Positions 10,627 through 40,532 of a stretch of DNA of 64,000 nt are shown piece by piece. Below the pieces are notes generated by a model that was given only the letters and a program-made list of their open reading frames with translations, searched no databases and was not told where the DNA came from. This DNA comes from Flaccisagitta enflata (lineage: Eukaryota). The stretch covers positions 38,378,001 to 38,442,000 of the forward strand of contig OZ231126.1 in the NCBI GenBank assembly GCA_965153355.1. Direction: 5' to 3'. Position numbers and translations under genes: made by a program. How positions within the stretch are numbered: the first letter of the stretch is position 1; each line of letters starts with the position of its first letter.

Positions 10627-12665
10627 GCATGGTAACATGGACTTGCATAGCATGACGGCGATCATGGCGACATCGTGGATCGTGCTGTGGGGTTTTGCAT
10701 TTCACGACCGACCTCCTGACGGCATTCTGTTACGTGATTTTATTCGCCGGACAACTTGGCCATCTTTTTGCCGTTTCTGGTTGCGCTGTAGTTTTGGGTT
10801 ATGTATGTTGCTTGTGTTTCCACTGTGTTTGTGGTATTGCTTTTTCATAATTTCCGTCCGTCGTTGATGATTACGTTACTTTTATGCGTTAATAGGTTGG
10901 TTGGGTAAAAGGGTGGTTTTGTTTTTTTCACGTCATGCTGCCGTCGTCGTTCGCTATCATTTTCCCTGCATTAGCCTGCGTTCGTGCCCTTGCATGGGTC
11001 CATTTTTTTTTGCCCCCCCCCCCTGGTTTTCGTTCTTACATGCGGTTGTGCTAATAGTATTTTGGGTTAGTGGCCACTTTGGCGTGTGTTATTTATTCCC
11101 CCCTCCCCACCCTGGCCGCTTTGTGATGGATTTTTGTCTGATATTGTTGGATTGATTTCTCTCAACTGATGGCCCATGTGGTGCGCGCGCCTCGGGTCCC
11201 TGCTTTTGTTTCTTACCTGGGGACATGGGTTTGGATGTGTTTATCCATTTAGGCTTTAGGTTAGTTTTAGCTGACTACACACACAAACGGGATTGATGAC
11301 TAAAGTCCAGCCTGTATTTGCCTGGCCCAGTGCCAAACCACACGGGCAAGGACTCATAGCGAACACTGCTTACACGCATACCGTTAGCCGGGGGTTTGGA
11401 TCTCAGTCAGCTTGGTGCGTTTGCTCTGCACATCTCGCCATATCACTGAGGGGCTCAGGTTTAGGTTTAGGCTTCGATTTTTGGAGGTTTAGACGCCGAG
11501 GACGTCGTCTTCGTGAGAGGGGGAGTAACTGTGGTACGGGGACCTCTGCCTCGGGCTAGCTCACTGCTACGTTTTCTATGTTTTTCTTTCTTTTAACGTG
11601 GCATCATCTTCCATTTGCCCAGGGCTTGCTATCGTGAACATGCGTTCAACATCACAAATGGGCGTGCTAACATGGACGCGCATTACGTGGCCTCTTCCTT
11701 GAGCATGGTAACCTGGACTTGCATAGCATGACGGCGATCATGGCGACATCGTGGATCGTGCTGTGGGGTTTCGCAATTCACGACCGACCTCCTTACGGCA
11801 TTCTGTTACGTGATTTTATTCGCCGGACAACTTGGCCATCTTTTTGCCGTTTCTGGTTGCGCTGTAGTTTTGGGTTATGTATGTTGCTTGTGTGCCTACA
11901 AGCTTATCACACTGTTTCCACTGTGTTTGTGGTATTGCTTTTTCATAATTTCCGTCCGTCGTTGATGATTACGTTACTTTTGTGCGTTAATAGGTTGGTT
12001 GGGTAAAAGGGTGGTTTTGTTTTTTTCACGTCATGCTGCCGTCGTCGTTCGCTATCATTTTCCCTGCATTAGCCTGCGTTCGTGCCCTTGCATGGGTCCA
12101 TTTTTTTTTGCCCCCCCCCTGGTTTTTGTTCTTACATGCGGTTGTGCTAATAGTATTTTGGGTTAGTGGCCACCTTGGCGTGTGTTATTTATTCCCCCCT
12201 CCCCACCCTGGCCGCTTTGTGATGGATTTTTGTCTGATATTGTTGGATTGATTTCTCTCAACTGATGGCCCATGTGGTGCGCGCGCCTGGGGTCCCTGCT
12301 TTTGTTTCTTACCTGGGGACATGGGTTTGGATGTGTTTATCCATTTAGGCTTTAGGTTAGTTTTAGCTGACTACACACACAAACGGGATTGATGACTAGA
12401 GTCCAGCCTGTATTTGCCTGGCCCAGTGCCAAACCACACGGGCAAGGACTCATAGCGAACACTGCTTACACGCATACTGTTAGCCGGGGGTTTGGATCTG
12501 TCAGCTTGGTGCGTTTGCTCTGCACATCTCGCCATATCACTGAGGGGCTCAGGTTTAGGTTTAGGCTTAGATTTTTGGAGGTTTAGACGCCGAGGACGTC
12601 GTCTTCGTGAGAGGGGGAGTAACTGTGGTACGGGGACCTCTGCCTCGGGCTAGCTCACTGCTACG
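10627..12665. repeat. Near-identical ~950-bp direct duplication (10627-11571 and 11703-12665)
   Basis: The two copies align along their length with few substitutions. Copy 2 has a ~20-bp extra segment near 11894. Confidence 0.95.
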
Positions 12666-13339
12666 GGTCCTTCTGCTCTCTTGCTCTGGCTATCACTACC
12701 TTGCCTCCTCAGCTTCTCCTTCCTCCTGATTGGCTGTTGCTCTCTCTCTCCTCTGCTACCTGCTTCATCTTCCCCGTTTGCTCTGCTCTTCCTTCCTGAC
12801 TTTTGCATCCCTGGTCTAGCAGCTGGCAGAGGCTTCCCCACCCATTTCCTAGGACACACCTCTCACTTCTGCTCTTTTATAAGGACCAGTGGTCGGAATG
12901 ACCATGTCCCTTGAGCATTTAGGGCATCCCTTGAGTCTTCCCCCCCCTTTAGCAGTCATGACAGCGAGCTGCCTTTGCTCTGCTTAAGTCAGCTCATTTC
13001 ATGGGGATTCTAGGTCTTGATATATTTCCCTTTTGCCTAGACTGAGGTTTGGCAGGACACTTATACCCGCGGGCCCTTCTCAGGTCTTCCTTCTTTAGGC
13101 AGGGCAGGGTCATCTTGGCAGGCGACTTTCTCTTTTGGTTCCCTTTTGGGCATTCTCCACTGACCCCCTCTTTTCCCGTTATTATAATATGAAATACAAA
13201 TACTATCGGCGGAATGTTTCATGTGATATTAGGATGAAAAATTGAACTATCCCTTGGTTGGTGCTATACGTATTTCCTAGGTAGTAGTCAAACGGCATTG
13301 TCAAACGGCATTGACAGCAGAGGCGCTGATTGTGTAGCA

Positions 13340-13955
13340 CACTGTGCATTTAAAACAATTCTGAGTGAAAAGTCACATAACTGGGTTTTTCTGCAGTTTT
13401 GTATAGTACTGGAGTGTGATGACATATATATAGCAGAAATAAAATCATTCCCTGAGCGCTTTTTGAGAAATCATAAAAATAAAAGAAAATAAAAACCATT
13501 TTCATTGCTGATTCTACTGAGTTGCATTGACTCATATTCTGATTATAAATTATTAATTCTTACAAAATTCCATCTGATTTGATAGGTTACACTCTATACT
13601 TCTGTAAACAATCAAAGTTTTCATTTCTTGAGCCACCATTACATTTTCGAAACGGTAACAAAAAAAAAATAAAAACTTAAATTCTTTACAAAAGTATACA
13701 ATGCAACCTATCAAATAAAAGAGAATTTTGCAAGGATTAACGATATGGAATAAGAAAATGAGTCAATACAACTTAGTAGAATCTACATTGAAAATGGTCA
13801 AAATTTTTTTATATTTTCAAGATTATTCAAAAAGCGCTTGGGGAATGATTTTAATTTTGCTTGATATATAATTTTTTACACTAATACTACAAAAAACTGC
13901 TGAAAACCCCACAGTTATGTGAATTTTCACTCAGAATTGTTTTGAAAGCGCAGTG
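13340..13955. mobile_element. MITE with long imperfect TIRs (CACTG...CAGTG)
   Basis: CACTGTGCATTTAAAACAATTCTGAGTGAAAAGTCACATAACTG matches the reverse complement of 13910-13955. Inverted similarity extends ~200 bp. No clear TSD. Confidence 0.75.
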
Positions 13956-14059
13956 GCTGATTAAGGACATGCTGATAAATGTTCTTTATGAATGAATGAA
14001 TGAAAGCATGAATGAATGAATGAATGAATGCATGAATGAATGAATGAATGAATGAATGC

Positions 14060-14416
14060 GGCCAAGGGTAATTGAGTGGCAAATGAGATTAGCAATAATC
14101 TCATTTGCATATTGCAGATGAACTTTATTTCATTCATTTTTCATTCATAGATTTCTTTGGTAGATCTGGTATTTGGTTAGCTTGAATAGCCTTTATGTTT
14201 AGTATCATTAGTTATATTCCTATTTTTTAAAATTAAACATCAATTAAATCAAAATAGGAATATAACTAATGATACTAGACATAAAGGCTAGTCAAGCTAA
14301 CCTAATACCAGATCGATGAAAGAAATCTATGAATGAAAAAAAATGAAAAAAAGTTAATCTGCAATATGCAAATGAGATTATTGCTAATCTCATTTGCCAC
14401 TCAATTACCCTTGGCC
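14060..14416. mobile_element. Fold-back (palindromic) MITE
   Basis: GGCCAAGGGTAATTGAGTGGCAAATGAG...CTCATTTGCCACTCAATTACCCTTGGCC, with arms pairing almost to the centre. Confidence 0.85.
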
Positions 14417-14553
14417 ACATAAATGCCGCTGCTGCTGTTGTGATGAAAAAGCCTCGGATTTTGCGAATTTTATGAATGCGCCACCGACCGACCGACCGAC
14501 CGACCAACTAATCAACCAACGATGGACGCAGCCTTTTACAGATGTGCGAGAAC

Positions 14554-15127
14554 TAGGGATGCAGAAGCGGAAGATTTTTGGACCGCTTCCGCTTCCGCTT
14601 CCAAAAGGCATATTTGAGAATTGACAGCTTCCACTTCCGCTTCCGCTTCCACCATTTCAAAAAGCATAGCTTCCGCTTCTGCTTCCGCTTCCACCCTTTT
14701 AGAAGGCATAGCTTCCGCTTCTGCTTCCGCTTCCGCTTCCACATTATTGAGAATTTCACTATAACATTTATTTAATTATGTAAAATGTTTTTTCATGTAA
14801 AAAAAGAGAGGGGATAAAACAAGGAAATATAAAAGATAATAGAAAAAATGTTGATGACATAGATTTGATATAATTTTTTTGCTGTCACTAGTTATTGCAA
14901 TGAGTTTAAATAATCATTTTGTCTTTATTTATTTATTTATATATTTATTTATTTACATATTCTATACCTTTCAATAATCTTTGAAATCATTTTTTTCTTA
15001 AATTTGTATATTTGTTTAAAACATCATTGGATCATCTATGTGCTTTTTTTTTCTTAAAATTTATGAAAACAGGTCTTAAGGTGTATGAGTATTGCTTTTT
15101 TCCAATTAACCAAACAACTGTGAATAA

Positions 15128-15200
<73 letters not shown>

Positions 15201-15240
15201 AAAAAAGACAGACAGAAAGATCGATAGACAGACTGAGAGT

Positions 15241-15333
<93 letters not shown>

Positions 15334-15340
15334 AAAGAGC

Positions 15341-15402
<62 letters not shown>

Positions 15403-15816
15403 AAGGGAGAGAGTGAGTGACTAAAAGACAAACAGACAGAAGTAGATATATACTCAGACAGAAAAAAGTAAGATAAAGCCAAAGAAGAATAAAAGGATAG
15501 ACCACAGAGCGAAACAGATGAAGGAAAAATATACAAAAGCAATGAAAAAAAATAACACCAAGAGAAGAAAAGAAACAAAAAATGAATGAATTATACTAAA
15601 ATAAGTATGATTAAAACTGACATGATTATTGTCAAAATATTGTCAGAATCTGAAGCGGAAGCGGAAGCGCTTGATTATGTCCGCTTCCGCTTCTATTAGG
15701 CATCGAAAAAAGTTTTCGCTTCTACTTGATTTCAAAATTGCGCTCCCGCTTCCGCTTCCATGCTCAAACTACCGCTTCCACCCGCTTCCGCTTCCGCTTC
15801 CGCTTCTACATCTCTA
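14554..15816. mobile_element. Non-autonomous hAT element with GAAGCG/CTTCCG subterminal repeats
   Basis: TIR TAGGGATGCAGAAGCGGAAG / CTTCCGCTTCTACATCTCTA. Perfect 8-bp TSD GCGAGAAC at 14546-14553 and 15817-15824. Confidence 0.9.
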
Positions 15817-16389
15817 GCGAGAACGCTCATAAAAATAGAATTAAAAAAAAAAGAGCCTTTTGTATGAACAATTCTGAATTCTTTTTCATTCACTCATCCG
15901 ACGCTTTACAAAGATAAAGATTGCAACTTACTCTTATCTAGCAGTAGCAACTCGATTCTGCGACAATCTTTTGTTTTCTCGCTCAATATTGACAATGACA
16001 GAGATGAGGGAGGGGCAGTGGGAGGGGAAGAATGCAAATGAGAGAGGGAAAAAACGAGAGAAAAAAAAAACAAGCAAAAAACAAAAAAGCAAAATCAGAA
16101 GAAAAGAGATGGAAAAGAACAAGGCCAACACCTTACAGTCGCGTGCGGTTGTTAAAGCCATAAGACCAAAAGCCTTAAAGACTAAAAAGACTTTGCGATT
16201 AAAAGACAAAAACACTAAAAGTAGATTGTCTTGAAATACCTTAAAACGACTTAAAACGACGTAAAATGACAAAAAAAAAGCTATGTGTGACAGACGCACG
16301 GACCAACAGCCGGACAGAGTGGGTCATAGAGTCACGTGCACGCGACCTAAAAGGACTCCTTTGAAGCTCCCATCGATTCATATACGGTA

Positions 16390-16733
16390 CGTCCCGTGAA
16401 GCGCCCCAAACTTTGACTATGGCTCTCACCAATCTTACCACAGTTGAGGCTTGGTAAAAAAACATTCCATGCAAAATTTTGGGTCTCTGAGATAGCGGGA
16501 ACCTTCGTCAGGGTGAGGTTGAAGTTTGTATTGAATTCGCATTGGAATCAATATTTCTATTATGCAAATTTTATCTTTGCCATAGGTTTCTATGGAAACT
16601 TCATGGTCACCCTGACAAAGGTTCCTGCTGTTGCAGAGGCCTGAAATTTTGCATGGGATATTTTTTTACCAAGCCTCAACCATGGTAAGATTGGTGAGAG
16701 TCAGCGTCGAAGTTTGGGGCGGTTCATGGGACG
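16390..16733. mobile_element. Tc1/mariner-type MITE
   Basis: TA|CGTCCCGTGAAGCGCCCCAAACTT...AAGTTTGGGGCGGTTCATGGGACG|TA with long inverted arms. Confidence 0.85.
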
Positions 16734-17238
16734 TAATATACGGTAATTAGACAGAGAGAGGAGTGGCGGCAATTTGAAGATCTGCTCCACAATACGATGG
16801 GTACGGGCAGTATCTGTTGTTGGAGAGTTTTCAGTGTGAGTAAAGTCCAATACTCCCACCCTGGTTTGTTGGAAAAAAGTCGAATTACGTAATTCGACTT
16901 TTTGAAACGTAGGGGAGAAATCGGGTTTTCCATTTTCGATTTGAGGAACTTTAGGAAGTTGAGCCATTTCCTGCCTGGGATGATACATTTTTTGATATTC
17001 ATAGCTAAGAAAGAGCTTATTTTTCTCTTTCAAATGGCGCCAACCAGAAGTCTCTATGATCATTAGTTCTGGCGCTATGATTTTTTTAATCTTTTTTTAT
17101 TTTTTCGCATTTTAGCGAAAATCGAGATTTTTTATTTATCTTATTTTTTGGCCCCTATGTAACATTACAGAAGAGTCAGGATGTTACATAAATTGACCCT
17201 GAGTTTTATGACGCTAGCTTTTGCATTTTATTCTGCTT

Positions 17239-19215
<1,977 letters not shown>

Positions 19216-21622
19216 ACGGGGGAATCCCCTTAGTGAGACGATTTTTTTCCCTTAAGTGAGACACCAAAAAATTCCCTCCAGTGAGACCAAAAAAAATGTC
19301 TCACTTGAGGGAAAAAAATGTAGTCTCACTGGAGGGAATTTTTTCTCACTAAAATTCCCATTTTTTCTCACTAAAATTCCCTCTAGTGAGACAAAAAAGG
19401 AGGAAAGTGGAGGAAATTCCCCCCAGTGAGACAAAGCAAAGGAAATAGCAGATACTCATAACAGGAGTCTCCCTCTTTCCACTTACAACAAGATGGCGAG
19501 AGTCGTGTGCTCATTTTTGCAACTACACATCTTCCCTCACCCATTCCTCCCATCCACCCTTCCTACCATTTCAACCTCCCTTACATCCATTCCCTACTTG
19601 GTTTAGACCTTCCTTCCTTCCTTCTTTTTTTTCTTTTGTTCCTCCCTTTCCTCCCTTTTTTCATTTCTTCCTTCCTTCTGGACGGATGACCTATGCTTTC
19701 ACATTAGATTCGACGGATGCATTTGTTAATTCCTTCTTGCCGTTTCTCCCTTTCTGCCTAACTTCCTTCTTTCCTTTCAATCCAACCCTCCTCCCTTTTT
19801 CAGCAGCGACCTTAAAAGGCCAATGCACTGTAGCAAACAAAGGTGAATTTCAAGATGTCTGTCCCTCCATCCAAAATCACCTCTGTCATGCTTGTAGTAA
19901 GCCATCTCTTGTCTAAAAGTTGCCCTCTCAAGCCTCTTATCTGACCTTTCTGGCTTCAATCTTGCCTTCAGATTACCCTCTCAAGCCTCGAATCTGCCCT
20001 CATGCATCATATTGGCTCTCTTATGAGGCTTCAAGTCAGCCGCTGGATGCCTCATATTTGCCCTGTAAAAAATCAAATCAATCCTCCATAGTGCCCTCTT
20101 AGGAAGTCTGGTAATTCCCCCCCTGTGTCCTAAAGGACATTGGTCCTTTGGGGCCGCTGCCCTGCTCTCACTCAATTTCTGCAGCTCATTACTCAAAGCA
20201 GGGCATCTGGTGCCGCTGAACATATTCGATCAGTAGATGACTAGTTTCCATTGCTCCATTCCTTCCTCCAATTCCTCCCTTTCTTCTTTCTTCCTTCCTT
20301 CAATTCCTACCTTCCTTCCCTCCTCCCATTCATCCCTTCTTATCTTACCTCCATTCCGTCTTCCCTTTCTTTTATTCATTCCTTCCGTCCTTCCTTCTTT
20401 CCTTCCCTTCCTTCATTCTATCTTTTCCATTCCTCCCTTCTTTCCATTCTTTCCTTCCTTTCTTTTTTCCTTCTTGCCTTCAATTTTTTTCTACCTTCCT
20501 TCCTTCCTTGCATTCCTTCCTTCTTGCCATCCTTCCATTCCTCTCTTTCTTCCTTACTTCATTCCTTATTTTTTTTTCTTTGCCTTTAAACAGATTGAAT
20601 TGTCCAAAATTTGATAGTATTTGAGACAGACGGACAGTCAAATAGAGGAAAATGACTGACCAACTAACCAACATAGTGTAAAGTCGCGTGCATTCGAGTG
20701 AAAATGAGAAGAATCATCCTATTGTAAGAATTTAAAGAAAGCCCCATCGAAAGCGCTGTAGTATCATTTGAGAAAAAAACATCAGATAGCTACTCTGGTT
20801 GTTTTCTTTAGGAGCAAAGAAGTGATTAGTGTGTTAAGCCCATGGAGAGGTTAGCCCGATTCTAGATTCCTCATGAAAGAGACAATTGATTTCCCGACAA
20901 AGGTGTCGGCCTTGTGACCAAAAAAAAAATTTATCCCCAAAAAAGCGGGAATCATCAACATCCAACGTTGGCAATTACCATTCTCTTTCGCCCTTTTTGA
21001 GCAGTGGTGAAGTGGCCATTGACCTACACTATCTTTTTCTTTTTCTTTTTCTTTTTCTTTTTCTTTTTCTTTTTCTTTTTCTTTTTCTTCTTTCTTCTTC
21101 TTCTTCTTCCTACCCCCCTCTTCGCCGCTCCAAAGTCTTGAGGCTGAAATCATAGTTTGGCATTCTAAACAGGTATCGGCTACCATCCAGATGGATAATG
21201 AGAAGTTGATGAGGTGGTGAAGGCTCACCCAATGTCTTACTCCAAATCTTTTCCCTACCCGATTATTGTCACTAGATCCTCGCTTTTTTCTCTCTCATAC
21301 CTGGCCCGAAATGTAATCCCCAGTCGATTCTTGACACTGGGTTCACATCTTTTGCTCTCACTCGCTTACATTCTTCTACATTTCACTCTCACTTTCTCTC
21401 TCAATCTCTCTCTTTTTCTCTTTCCTTTTTCTCTTTCCTGTTTTCCTTTCTCACTAAAGGGAAAAATTAGTCTCACTAAAGGGAAAAATGATGGTCTCAC
21501 TGGAGGGAATTTTTTCTCACTAAAATTCCCTCCAGTGAGATTATTTTTTTGTCTCACTAAAGGGAATTTTAGTGAGAAAAAATTCCCTCCAGTGAGAAAG
21601 TCGCACTAGGGGTACCCACCTG
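19216..21622. mobile_element. Probable non-autonomous hAT-like element with AGTGAGA/TCTCACT subterminal repeats
   Basis: Imperfect TIR (GGGGGAATCCCCTTAGTGAGAC vs GTCGCACTAGGGGTACCCACC). Clusters of CCCTCCAGTGAGA at both ends. GAGAGACAC flanks both sides. Confidence 0.6.
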
Positions 21623-21820
21623 AGAGACACACACACACACGCAAGCACACACGCACACACTCAAAGACAACGGAAGACCAAAAAAGAGACGCAGAGAGAC
21701 AAATTGAATGACAAAAACAGGCAGGCAGTCAACCAGACATCATGAGATGCACACAGAAGAAGATGCAATGAAAAAAAAGACTCCCATTTACGACTTTTTT
21801 CCGGTCGGCGAGAGCCGCCT

Positions 21821-36085
<14,265 letters not shown>

Positions 36086-36681
36086 GGTTTTTAATCAGTT
36101 TTCCCGTTGTCCGGAATTAGTCAGATTTCATGAGAGGAAAATCATTTTGGAGGGGTCATGTGTAGGACTAAAAATTACCACCTGATTTTTTGCTTTTATA
36201 ACAAGCGGAAAAAGTCAGTTTACCCAAAGGGAAAATTATGTAAGAAGGTCTTGTGAACTCTCACTAAGTAGATACAACGCGCGTCACTCATAGTTTTCCT
36301 TCTAAAGATACTAACTTCGCAAACATACACGCTGAGTCATACCCAAGATCAGTCAGTGACACCCACAAATTCTTATCGATTATGGCCAATGATAGTAAGT
36401 AATAGCGCAGAATAAAGAACCACGATCGTTACCATGCCGGGTAGTATTCGCAATAGCGCTGGAGGTCATCAGGTCTCAGAGGTGCTCTAAGCCTCCAAGT
36501 CTAACCTTGGTCGCTCCGCCCGTTACGACTCACTTGTAGACGTCATCGTTCTAGTGTACCCTGATCCAAAATTTCGCATGAGGGGGATTTTGTTGATCTT
36601 TGATTAAATAATTGGAAAGAAACAAATGCAAGAAATGATCATGAAAAACTCTGATGTAGAATTAATGCTTTTAGCAATGTG

Positions 36682-38015
36682 TTTTTGTCCGCGACGGAAT
36701 ATCATTCCGACGCGGACTATAATTCAAGGCGGGTGGGTGTCGTCGTCGTCGTCGTCGTCGTTGTCGTCCCGGATTTTAAAAAATGGATAACTTTTTTATG
36801 CTTTGACCGATTTGGTTCATATTTGGTGGGAAGTTGTGCTAGGGTAAGGCGCTTTACATCCTATCCGATTTTTGTGATCCGACCAACCCAACCGGCCCAA
36901 CCAGCCTACCGGCCTAAAAGTGAAAAACGTGCATAACTTTGGCATTTTTCAACCGATTTGGCTGAAATTTGGTATGGAGTCTCTAAATGGAAGGCCTCAA
37001 CATATGTATATGATTTATATGCATTTGAGCATGCTAACCGGCCAAACCGACCTACCACCCAACCAGCCAACCGGCCTAAAAGTGAAAAACTTGCGTAACT
37101 TTGTCATTTTTCAACTGATTTGGTTGAAACTTGGTATGGAGTCTCTAAATAGAAGGACTCAGCATATGCAAACTATTTATCCTGTTAAACCAGCCTACCA
37201 CCCAACCAGCCTACTGGCCTAAAAGTGAAAAACGTGCATAACTTTGGCATTTTTCAACCGATTTGGCTGAAATTTGGTATGGAGTCTCTAAATGGAGAGC
37301 CTCAACATATGTATATGATTTATATGCATTTGAGCATGCTAACCGGCCAAACCGACCTACCACCCAACCAGCCAACCGGCCCAAAAGTGAAAAACTTGCT
37401 TAACTTTGTCATTTTTCAACTAATTTGGTTGAAACTTGGTATGGGGTCTCTAAATGGAAGAACTCAACATATGCGCACTATTTATCCTGTCAAACCAGCC
37501 TACCACCCAACCAGCCTATCAACCAAAAAGTGATAAATGTGCATATCTTTGTCGTTTTTCAACCAATTTGGTTGAAATTTAGTATGGAGTCTCTAAATGG
37601 AAGGACTCAACACATATATGTGATTTATTTATGTTTGAGCATGCTAACCGGCCAAACCAACCTACCACCTAACCAGCTTACCGGCCTAAAAGTAAAAACT
37701 TACATAAATTGGACATTTTTCAACCAAATTGGTTGAAACTTGGTATGGAGTCTCTAAATGGAAGAACTCAACATACGCACACTATTTATCTAAACCAGCC
37801 TACCACCCAACCACCCTACTAGCCTAAAAGTGAAAAACGTGCATAACTTTGTCATTTTTCAACGGATTTGCATGAAACTTTGTATGGCGGCTCTAAATGT
37901 CAAGACTTATAGTTTTGGCGAACTTACAGGGTTAGCGATCTTTTGGTCATAGCGATCTTATGGAATTGGTGATCTTTAACCCCCTTCCGTCGCGGACCCA
38001 GATACTGTTCAGATT
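36682..38015 (+). mobile_element. Long HINE/DINE-like element with an internal ~305-bp higher-order tandem array
   Basis: 5' sub-TIR/hairpin GTCCGCGACGGAA..TTCCGACGCGGAC, (GTC)n, repeated CCGATTTGGCTGAAATTTGGTATG units (~160+145 bp alternating), and 3' sub-TIR TTCCGTCGCGGAC. Confidence 0.75.
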
Positions 38016-39194
38016 TTTTCATAGTACTATCTTGGCGGAAAGAAACGCGACAGTTGTTAAAAGTAGTATCAACTTTGAAATGGTGCTGCTCCTAAACGAA
38101 TAAAGGTTAAAAGGTCTGTGTCAAATCTTCAAAATGAGACCAAGTTGAAGTATTCATCTTTATTCGTTTAAGCGTAGCACTTTTCTAAAGTGGATGCTAT
38201 TTCAAGCCACTGTCGCGTTTCTTTCCGCCAAGATAGTAAATAACATAAGATCAGGCAAGCTACTTTTTTTAGTTGCGGACACGCAACTCTATAGGAGGCT
38301 TTGTCCGTCCGTCCGTCCGTCGGTCCGTCCGTCGGTCCGTCCGTCCGTTGGTCCGTAACCATCGAGTCGAAAAGTGGGAAAACGCGCATTTCCGCCCCTG
38401 CCCACCCGTCCGCAAATGATGGCCGTGTATCCGGCCTTGTTTATTATGGTTAACTTTCATCATTTAATGATAGCTGCGGAAAGCGCTGTTTGAAGCCACT
38501 GCAATATTCAAATGAAGTTGTTGCAAACAATCTCGTCAGTCCTTCACTGTTTGTCTTTCAAAAACAATATCCGATTTCTTGTATTATATTCCGCTTCATT
38601 GAATGAAAGACTCTTACATCTAAAGAGGAAGAAGGATTACTGCGTGATTTCTCGGAACTGCTGCATCGATAACGATGAGGGTGTCTCTTACCCCCGATCG
38701 TAAATCGATGTGTCCTCGTTTTTATATGAACATATATTCGAGCCACAGCTTCCCCCCTTGGGTTTTTGCCCCCCTTTCGTCCATCTTGACCCACCAAACA
38801 CGAAACTGAACATCCAGATGGTGGACAAAAGTGAAACGTCGGGTCATCCGTTGGCTTCACGACGGGCACGTAGAGCGAGTAACCAACCATCGGCCAAACT
38901 ACGGCAGTTGCTCCCCGAGCTCCCCCTCGAACAGCCTCGACAGACCCCGAGCTACCCCGCGCTACCCAGAGAGTAGCCCCATGATGCGTCCGAGTGACGC
39001 AGCTTGTCGTTGGTGAACCCCCTGGCGGGAAGACGATCCATAAAGCGGGGGGACGGGGGGTCCGTGAATATCCATCCGGATTTCGATTCGAGTGGAAACT
39101 TGATTGACATTGATTCAAGCAACTTGAAATGACAATTCATGTAAATTTCCTTTAGAAGCCGAGGGAGTCATACAATCCGAAGGATGACAGGAAG

Positions 39195-39281
<87 letters not shown>

Positions 39282-39423
39282 GGACAGCCTGACTGACGGG
39301 GAAACAGACTGGCGGACAGGAGGGGAAAAACAAATAGGAAAGAAAGAAGAAAAGAAAGGAAAATTGAAGGAAAAAAGGAAAAAGATGAGAGAAAGAAAGA
39401 GAGTAAGAAAGAAAGAAAGAAAG

Positions 39424-39458
<35 letters not shown>

Positions 39459-39461
39459 AAA

Positions 39462-39526
<65 letters not shown>

Positions 39527-39527
39527 G

Positions 39528-39650
<123 letters not shown>

Positions 39651-39962
39651 ATGAAAGAAAGAGGAGAGAAAGAAATGAAAGAACGACGGAAAGAGGGAGA
39701 GACGGAAAAAGGAATCAGTCGCTTAGTCAAGGCAGGAAAGGGAGAGCGAGGGATTTTCCGACTGACCGCGCCTTCAGGGGGCGCCAAGTACTCTTGGATC
39801 AGATTCTTATCGCCGGAATAGTTTGTGTTACGCAACATTAACTCAGAACAGAAAGAATAAAAGTAAATGAGAGAGTGAACGAACATCCGACTCAACTTCA
39901 ATAAACTCTTCTACATGAACTTCGATTAATCCCTATTAACCTTCTACTGACCCGCGCTGAAT

Positions 39963-40006
<44 letters not shown>

Positions 40007-40532
40007 AATCGCGATTGTAACTTTCATAAAAAGCCGATTCCAGCGCACTCTAGCTCCCTCATCGCGTCATTACTGTACCGTATCAAAAAGCCAAGCGGTC
40101 AACGCGCACAGCTCATAATAACATGAAAACACGATGCCACTGAACGATAACCTATCACAAATGAAGATCTAATGACCGAGACTTGACGGCGTCAGATGGG
40201 TAGAGATAAAAAAATGTGAAAGGGGGAGATACGGCCGCTTATAAGTCATTAAGTTAAAGTTGAAACGACGTGATACCGATGTCACGTGAGATATCCGTTA
40301 TCATAACGATGCCAAGAGAGATATCCGCTTTATCGTCATTAGTTGACTTTTGAGGACCAATTGGGCGACACTAAATGGCGACGGATGATACGAGATAAGC
40401 GGAATCAAGCGTATATGGAAATGCGCTCAGAAGTTCATTAGTTGTTGATGCCAGATGTGATAACCAAGGGCAATTGGGCGCCAGATGATACGAGATAAAA
40501 CGCGTTGGCTGTCTGTGGACATGGGACTTAAA

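Noticed and set aside
20851-21228. Minus-strand ORF as a continuation of the SPAG17-like gene
   Set aside because: It lies inside a probable hAT-like element, is interrupted by a microsatellite and shows no SPAG17-like motifs.
36890-37900. Regularly spaced repeats resembling a CRISPR array
   Set aside because: The intervening sequence is repeated too (no unique spacers), the context is eukaryotic and there are no cas genes.
38820-39070. RNase P/MRP or telomerase RNA
   Set aside because: A GGGGCTAC word exists but no matching CR-I (GAAAGUC) at a suitable position and no telomeric template.
39760-39840. Possible extra upstream exon (LMLRNTNYSGDKNLIQEYLAPPEGA) of the SPAG17-like gene
   Set aside because: The model already has an ATG at 36085 with an in-frame stop just upstream, and this segment could not be linked in phase.
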